From Agathobacter sp. (GTDB lineage: Bacteria; Bacillota; Clostridia; Lachnospirales; Lachnospiraceae): 64,000 nt of DNA. The DNA is taken from assembly GCA_963596435.1 (NCBI GenBank), contig CAVBMG010000006.1, positions 5,938 to 69,937 on the forward strand, given 5' to 3'. How positions within the stretch are numbered: position 1 is the stretch's first letter; the number at the start of each line of letters is the position of its first letter. The notes below the pieces were generated by a model. It was not told the DNA's origin. It was given only the letters and a program-made list of their open reading frames with translations, and searched no databases. Below, piece by piece: positions 58,361-64,000 of the stretch. Position numbers and translations under genes: made by a program.

Positions 58361-60421
58361 ATGAAAAAATATACCATAATAGCAAATCTTTTTTGGGTTT
58401 TGACACTTGTACTTGTTGGGTGTGGCATATCTGATACAGGAAATCCAAGTAGTGAAACTGTTATATCAGAAGAAAACACAGATGTAAAAAACAATACCGA
58501 TGGTACAGAGACAATGGCTGTACACAAAAATAATATTCAGGAAACTCCTTCCACAGAGTCGGAGATTGATATGAAAAATATTACGCTTGGTACTGTTCCA
58601 AATGGATATTATAGCAAAGCAACACAGCAGGGTACATTGGAAACTTTTACTTATGACACAAAAGATTATATTGGGGATGAAGAGACAATTCAAAGTCAGG
58701 CAACAGTGTATCTGCCTTATGGATATGATCAGAATGATGATGAGACAAGATATAATATTCTATATCTTCAGCATGGTGCTTATGGTAATGAAAGAACCTG
58801 GATGTATGAGTATGGTGATAGCTTCAAAAATATGATAGACAACATGATAGAAGATAAACTGATTCCACCGTTAATCATTGTTATGCCTTATCTTCCGTCT
58901 GGAAATGACTGGTATCATGATACAACTCCAATTTTCTATTCTGGTGAATTAAAAAATGATTTAATGCCAGCCGTAGAAAGTTATTATCATACTTTTGCAA
59001 CGAATACGACAGAAGCAGGCTTTGAAGAGTCACGTTCCCATCGTGCATTTGGAGGATTTTCTGCTGGTGGAACAACTACATGGCGGGTATTTCTTGAAGG
59101 AATAGATCGTTTTGAATATTTTATGCCTATGAGCGGAGGTTTGACTCTTGGAGGAGATGGCTCAACGGATGTGGAGGATGCCACTATGATTGCAGATACA
59201 GCGGCAGTTTCTGATTATGATAAACGTGAATATTATATATTTGCAGCAACAGGAACAAAGGATGTTGCATATCAGGGCTTAACAGCACAGATGGAATATA
59301 TGAAAACACTGACAGATGCATTTGATTATACAGACACGGGATTTGCAGACGGTAATCTGATGTATTATACGGTAAAAGATAATCGACATGATTATCAATA
59401 TACTTATGAGTATGTTTTTAATGGATTACAATGCCTGTTTTCATGGTATGAAGCAAGTGCAACACGTGCAAGTCTTGCTTCTGTGATAACAGCAGGCGGA
59501 TATGAGATACCATTGACAGAACTTGCACATCAGACAGGAAATGATACAGATTCCAAGGTTTGTTATACTTCCACAATCAGTTCCGATGCATTGATGAAAA
59601 TTTATGAAGCACTGGGACGAACTCCGGCAGAAGGAGACAATGTGGCAGTAAAATTACATACCGGTGAAGGAGATGGCAGCTATAATCTTGATCCTGATTT
59701 TATCAAAAAACTGGTGCAAAGTGTTGATGGAACGATTGTAGAGTGTAATACAGCTTATGGTGGAAACAGGTCAAATACAGCACTTCATATGCAGATTGCA
59801 GAGGATCATGGGTATACAGCAATCGCAAATGTAGACATTATGGATGCAGACGGTGGCATGGAGATTCCGGTAACAGGAGGAACACATTTAAAAACAGATC
59901 TGGTAGGGGCACATCTTGCCAACTATGATTTTTGCATGGTGTTGTCTCATTTTAAAGGACATGCTATGGGAGGTTTTGGAGGTGCACTGAAAAATATATC
60001 AATAGGTATTGCCTCTTCAACGGGAAAGTCACTGATTCATAGTGGTGGAACAGAAACCACCGGATTTGGCTGGAATACGCCTGCTGAGACTTTTACAGAG
60101 TCTATGGCGGAAGCTGCAAGTGCAGTTTATGATTATTTCGATGGTGGAGAAAAAATGGTATTTATCAGTGTGATGAATAATATCTCCGTAGATTGTGATT
60201 GCAATGCCAATCCGGCAAAACCGGATATGCATGATGTTGGAATTCTGGCGTCCACTGATCCGGTAGCTTTAGATCAGGCATGTGTAGATTTCTTACGTGC
60301 AGTGCCGGATGGAGCATCTATAATACGGCGAATGGAATCACGAAGTGGCGAGCATATCTTAGACCATGCAGATGAACTTGGATTTGGAAGCCGTAATTAT
60401 AAATTAGTCAGCATTGATTAA
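58361..60421 (+). CDS. Lipoprotein: esterase (alpha/beta hydrolase) fused to a DUF362 domain
   Basis: LVGC lipobox; VYLPYGY, LYLQHG, GGFSAGG; then VKLHTGE, ECNT.Y.G.R, HFKGH.MGG.GGALKN, CDC, DPVALDQA. Confidence 0.8.
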   Translation: MKKYTIIANLFWVLTLVLVGCGISDTGNPSSETVISEENTDVKNNTDGTETMAVHKNNIQETPSTESEIDMKNITLGTVPNGYYSKATQQGTLETFTYDTKDYIGDEETIQSQATVYLPYGYDQNDDETRYNILYLQHGAYGNERTWMYEYGDSFKNMIDNMIEDKLIPPLIIVMPYLPSGNDWYHDTTPIFYSGELKNDLMPAVESYYHTFATNTTEAGFEESRSHRAFGGFSAGGTTTWRVFLEGIDRFEYFMPMSGGLTLGGDGSTDVEDATMIADTAAVSDYDKREYYIFAATGTKDVAYQGLTAQMEYMKTLTDAFDYTDTGFADGNLMYYTVKDNRHDYQYTYEYVFNGLQCLFSWYEASATRASLASVITAGGYEIPLTELAHQTGNDTDSKVCYTSTISSDALMKIYEALGRTPAEGDNVAVKLHTGEGDGSYNLDPDFIKKLVQSVDGTIVECNTAYGGNRSNTALHMQIAEDHGYTAIANVDIMDADGGMEIPVTGGTHLKTDLVGAHLANYDFCMVLSHFKGHAMGGFGGALKNISIGIASSTGKSLIHSGGTETTGFGWNTPAETFTESMAEAASAVYDYFDGGEKMVFISVMNNISVDCDCNANPAKPDMHDVGILASTDPVALDQACVDFLRAVPDGASIIRRMESRSGEHILDHADELGFGSRNYKLVSID

Positions 60422-60434
60422 AAGGTGGGATGAT

Positions 60435-61163
60435 ATGTTAACTGTTTTACATAGGGAAGCCGTTTATTTCTGGTATTACTTTGATATACAGTTTCGCCAG
60501 ATATTTAAGTACTGGGTATTAGGAATTCTTATTGGTTCTGTAATTTCGGTTTTTGTAAAAGACAAAATTCATGGCTTATTTGAGCGGATGAATGGAAAAA
60601 AGATAGGAATATTTGGCGTGATTCCAGCAAGTTTACTGGGGATTGCTTCACCATTGTGTATGTATGGAACTATACCTATTGCAGCCTCATTTGCCAATAA
60701 AGGAATGAGACAGGACTGGCTTGCAGCATTTATGATGAGTTCTATTCTCTTAAATCCGCAATTAATTGTATATAGTACGGCTTTGGGTGTAGTTGCTTTG
60801 GTTGTTCGCATCATATCATGTTTTCTGTGTGGAATAATAGCAGGACTGCTTGTACATATTTTCTATCATAATAAACAATTTTTCTCTTTTGGAAAATTCA
60901 AAGAACCAATGAGTCATGATACAGATCCTAATATGTTCGTTCGCTTATTAAAAAATATATGGCGTAATATTAAGGCAACTGGAGGATATTTTTTGATTGG
61001 TATTGTTCTTTCAGCACTATTTCAGAGGTATGTGCCAACTGATAAATTTGTTGCTTTGTTCGGAAACAATGAGGGATTTGGGGTGCTTATGGCTGCAACA
61101 ATCGGAGTCCCGCTTTATGCCTGCGGTGGTGGAACTATACCACTATTGCAGGCATGGTTGTAA
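60435..61163 (+). pseudogene. DUF318/ArsP-type permease, probably C-terminally truncated
   Basis: SPLCMYGTIP and PLYACGGGTIP repeats; ORF stops 6 codons after the second motif, 10 bp from the convergent MATE stop. Confidence 0.6.
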
Positions 61164-61173
61164 ATACATTTTT

Positions 61174-62508
61174 TTAATTCAGTTTCTTTAGAACATGTCT
61201 AAGGTATATACACGCAATAAATGTGACAATTATTTCTGTAACTGGAAAAGCCATCCATACACCGGCAACCTGAAAGATTTTTCCTAAAATATACGCTGCT
61301 GGAAGGAGAATGATAACTTGTCTCGCTGCGGAAATTATCATGCTTGGAGTTCCGATAGAAAGTCCCTGTAACGCATAACAAACCATAATTGATATACAGG
61401 CGAAAATAAAACTTGTACTTGTTATACGGAGTGCTGTTATTCCCATTGCCGTCATTGTGTCGGAAGCATGAAAAGCCATCATAATCTGTCTTGGGAAGAG
61501 TTGCAGTATGATAAGTCCGATGAGTCCAATTAAAGCTGAATAGATTCCACTTAATTTGATGGACTGCTTTATACGGTCATGTTTTTTTGTTCCAAGATTA
61601 TAGGCAACAATAGAAATAAGAGCATTGTTAAGTCCGAATGCTGCCATTGATACAAAGGTATACAATTTGAAGTAAGCACCAAAAACAGCAGTAGCAGTTG
61701 TAGAAAAAGTAAGTAATATTTTGTTGATGCTAAATGACATAATACTGCTGATAAACATTGTGATTCCGGCAGGAATTCCTACAGAGCAGATATTTTTTAT
61801 GTAATACCGGTCAGGCTTTAAGTAATGCGTAGAAAAGTGTATTTCCCTATTGCATTTCAGGTTAAAAATAAAACCAAGTGTCATGGCAACGATCTGACCA
61901 ATCACAGTAGCAATGGCAGCTCCGGCAGTGCCCATAGCAGGCAGTCCAAAATAACCAAAGATGAGAATTGGATCAAGAATGATATTGATAATTGCTCCTG
62001 TTATCTGGGTTATCATTGTATAGGTTGTTCTTCCGGTTGATTGGAGCAGCTTTTCCAATACAAGCTGAAAGATTTGACCAAAAGAAAAAATGCATATAAT
62101 GGACAGGTAAGCAAATCCCATAGAGCAGATAGACTGATTTTCTGTCTGAATCCTATAAAACCATTTCACACCGAAAATCCCAAAGATTAATAGAATGAAA
62201 TAGACAATAAAACTTAAAATTAAGCCGTTGCCTGCGGTTCTATTTACAGCATCCTGCTTTTTCTCACCTAATAAACGTGAAAGCAGGGCATTGATACCTA
62301 CGCCAACACCGGTTCCTAATGCAACAATTATATTTTGGATTGGAAATGCAAGAGAAACTGCGGTAAGTGCGTCCTCGCTGTAATTGCTTACAAAAATACT
62401 GTCTACAATATTGTAGAGTGCACCGATCATCATAGAAAGAATCATAGGTGCTGCCATAGTTAAAAGTAATTTGTTTATAGGCATTGAGCCCATTTTCTGG
62501 TCATTCAT
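61174..62508 (-). CDS. MATE family efflux transporter
   Basis: ALYNIVDSIFV, AVSLAFP.Q, NIILDPILIFG.FG.P.MG.AGAAIAT. Confidence 0.93.
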   Translation of the reverse strand: MNDQKMGSMPINKLLLTMAAPMILSMMIGALYNIVDSIFVSNYSEDALTAVSLAFPIQNIIVALGTGVGVGINALLSRLLGEKKQDAVNRTAGNGLILSFIVYFILLIFGIFGVKWFYRIQTENQSICSMGFAYLSIICIFSFGQIFQLVLEKLLQSTGRTTYTMITQITGAIINIILDPILIFGYFGLPAMGTAGAAIATVIGQIVAMTLGFIFNLKCNREIHFSTHYLKPDRYYIKNICSVGIPAGITMFISSIMSFSINKILLTFSTTATAVFGAYFKLYTFVSMAAFGLNNALISIVAYNLGTKKHDRIKQSIKLSGIYSALIGLIGLIILQLFPRQIMMAFHASDTMTAMGITALRITSTSFIFACISIMVCYALQGLSIGTPSMIISAARQVIILLPAAYILGKIFQVAGVWMAFPVTEIIVTFIACIYLRHVLKKLN

Positions 62509-62587
62509 ATAAATAATTCCTCCTTTTCTTTTGCCATAATGGTAGCAGAAAACAGGGAAATAGAGAATTTGATATATAGAAACGGCG

Positions 62588-62602
62588 TTAGAAAAAAACT
62601 AA
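62588..62602. promoter_or_regulatory. Putative LysR T-N11-A dyad
   Basis: TTAG-AAAAAAA-CTAA between divergent MATE and LysR genes. Confidence 0.5.
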
Positions 62603-62653
62603 TGATAGAAAAATGAATAGATTCCTGTTATATTGAAAAACAGGAGGTGCGTT

Positions 62654-63538
62654 ATGAATTCACAACAATTGCAATGTTTTATATATGTAGCAGAAAGACT
62701 TAATTTTACAAAGGCTGCGGAAGCGCTGTTTTTGTCTGTCCCTACTGTGACACATCATATAAAAAGCCTGGAAGAAGAACTTGGAACCACACTCTTTTAC
62801 AGGAACTCCAGGGTGGTGAAACTGACAGAGCAGGGAGAAAAATTTTACTTTGATGCCAAAGATATTTTTATGCGTATGGAAGATGTAAGGAATCAATTCC
62901 AAAATTATGCAGAACAGGAAAATGTATTATTTCGTATTGGATGTATGACAGAAATTGAGTTGAAAAAATTAGAACCGGTGCTAAAACAAATAAAAGAAAT
63001 CTATCCATATATTCGTCCCAAGGTTATAGTACGGGATTTTTTTGAATTGAAAAATCTATATGAAAATCAGCAGCTTGAAGTGGTAATATCAACCTATGGA
63101 TTATCAGGACAAGGCTGTTTCAGGAAAATGTGTACCTATGAGAGCTACGCGGTTATGAATGCAGACCATCCGCTTGCGGCTGAAAAAGAACTGACTTTAA
63201 AGCAAATAGCCGGTGAGCATTTAATAACCTTGCCACCAAAGTGTATTCCTTTTCAAAAAGGCAATAAATTTCAGGAATATCTGACACTTCATGCACAGGA
63301 TCATGTACATTTGGTCAGTGAGGGAGAGGCAGAAAGTATCCTCCTTGCAAAATGCAGATATGGAATAGCTCTTTTACCGGGATTTTTCATTTCACCGCAA
63401 AAAGAAATAATATCCATTCCTATTGCAAATACGAAAAATATAGAATATGGCATTTATTACAGGAACAGGGAAAAGCATATTCAAACTTTTATAAACAGCT
63501 ATTACAATAACCTTACCGAATTGTGGATTGATTCTTGA
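62654..63538 (+). CDS. LysR family transcriptional regulator
   Basis: LNFTKAAEALFLS.PTVTHHIKSLEEELG..LF.R; AGGAGG RBS. Confidence 0.93.
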   Translation: MNSQQLQCFIYVAERLNFTKAAEALFLSVPTVTHHIKSLEEELGTTLFYRNSRVVKLTEQGEKFYFDAKDIFMRMEDVRNQFQNYAEQENVLFRIGCMTEIELKKLEPVLKQIKEIYPYIRPKVIVRDFFELKNLYENQQLEVVISTYGLSGQGCFRKMCTYESYAVMNADHPLAAEKELTLKQIAGEHLITLPPKCIPFQKGNKFQEYLTLHAQDHVHLVSEGEAESILLAKCRYGIALLPGFFISPQKEIISIPIANTKNIEYGIYYRNREKHIQTFINSYYNNLTELWIDS

Positions 63539-63710
63539 AGTTATTGCATCCGCAATTATCGGTGCATATACCTATCGAATGAAGAATCCTGATGATGTAG
63601 GCATACCAAAGTTTACAGATATCAGTATACATATCCGGTAGGGTTTGCATTGCTCCTCTCAGATGGCGGTTATGCCCCAAAATCATGGGAGGAGCAAATT
63701 ACATCAGGAA

Positions 63711-64000
63711 TTACCATGTCAGTGAGAATTCTACTAATTCTGGTGTTTCCGACTTACCAATCAGAGGTTCTTTTTTGTCCAGAGCGATAAGCTGTGCCAT
63801 TTCATCCGCAGTCAGTGCAAAATCAAACAAATTGAAATTCTCTTTGATATGCTCCGGCTTGGTGCTTCTTGGAATGATGGCAATGCCTTTTTGCATTAGA
63901 AAACGAAGAAGTATCTGTGCTGAAGTTTTACCGTATTTTTCAGTAAGTGCAAGCACCGCAGGCTCCTTAAACATTTCATTGCGATTTCCCTGACCAAGCG
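63711..64000 (-). CDS. Aldo/keto reductase, C-terminal part (runs off window end)
   Basis: KYGKTSAQILLRF......IIPRS....IKENF..FDF.LT..EM. Confidence 0.88.
   Translation of the reverse strand, partial: LGQGNRNEMFKEPAVLALTEKYGKTSAQILLRFLMQKGIAIIPRSTKPEHIKENFNLFDFALTADEMAQLIALDKKEPLIGKSETPELVEFSLTW

Noticed and set aside
63520..63700. Short open frame (ILEVIASAIIGAYTYRMKNPDD...) and imperfect hairpin ttgctcct...aggagcaa
   Set aside because: Possible gene remnant plus AKR terminator, but no start/RBS or recognisable family
1..64000. CRISPR array, tRNA/rRNA, IS element, integrase or prophage
   Set aside because: No regularly spaced repeats, RNA-gene signatures or transposase/recombinase/phage ORFs seen by eye

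Overview
64 kb of a low-GC Firmicute chromosome; the gene content suggests Clostridiales, probably Lachnospiraceae (inference). It is a dense mosaic of small regulator-plus-effector cassettes: 6 MATE pumps, 4 LysR, 3 AraC, 3 MerR, TetR, MarR, and CsoR with a P1B ATPase. It also holds a 13 kb putative metallophore-uptake locus (ECF module plus two IrtAB/YbtPQ-like ABC pairs, marked by three GTTAG-N6-CTAAC boxes), a Ni/Co ECF transporter, a FIST + soluble MCP pair and several broken genes. I saw no rRNA, tRNA, CRISPR array, transposase or integrase. The top candidate for an undescribed system is an AT-rich unit at 13988-14782: promoter, then a ~165-nt RNA that folds by eye into stacked helices with two possible pseudoknots, then an intrinsic terminator, then a PBECR4-like nuclease gene. 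That is the layout of an RNA-antitoxin (type III-like) system, but with a BECR-fold toxin and a non-repetitive RNA. Other highlights are a G10 tract whose +1 slip would fuse a hybrid histidine kinase in frame to a LysR regulator, and a three-gene DUF3791-DUF3990-DUF3791-like cassette with an ADP-ribosyltransferase-like motif. All family assignments are from motif recognition by eye, not database searches.
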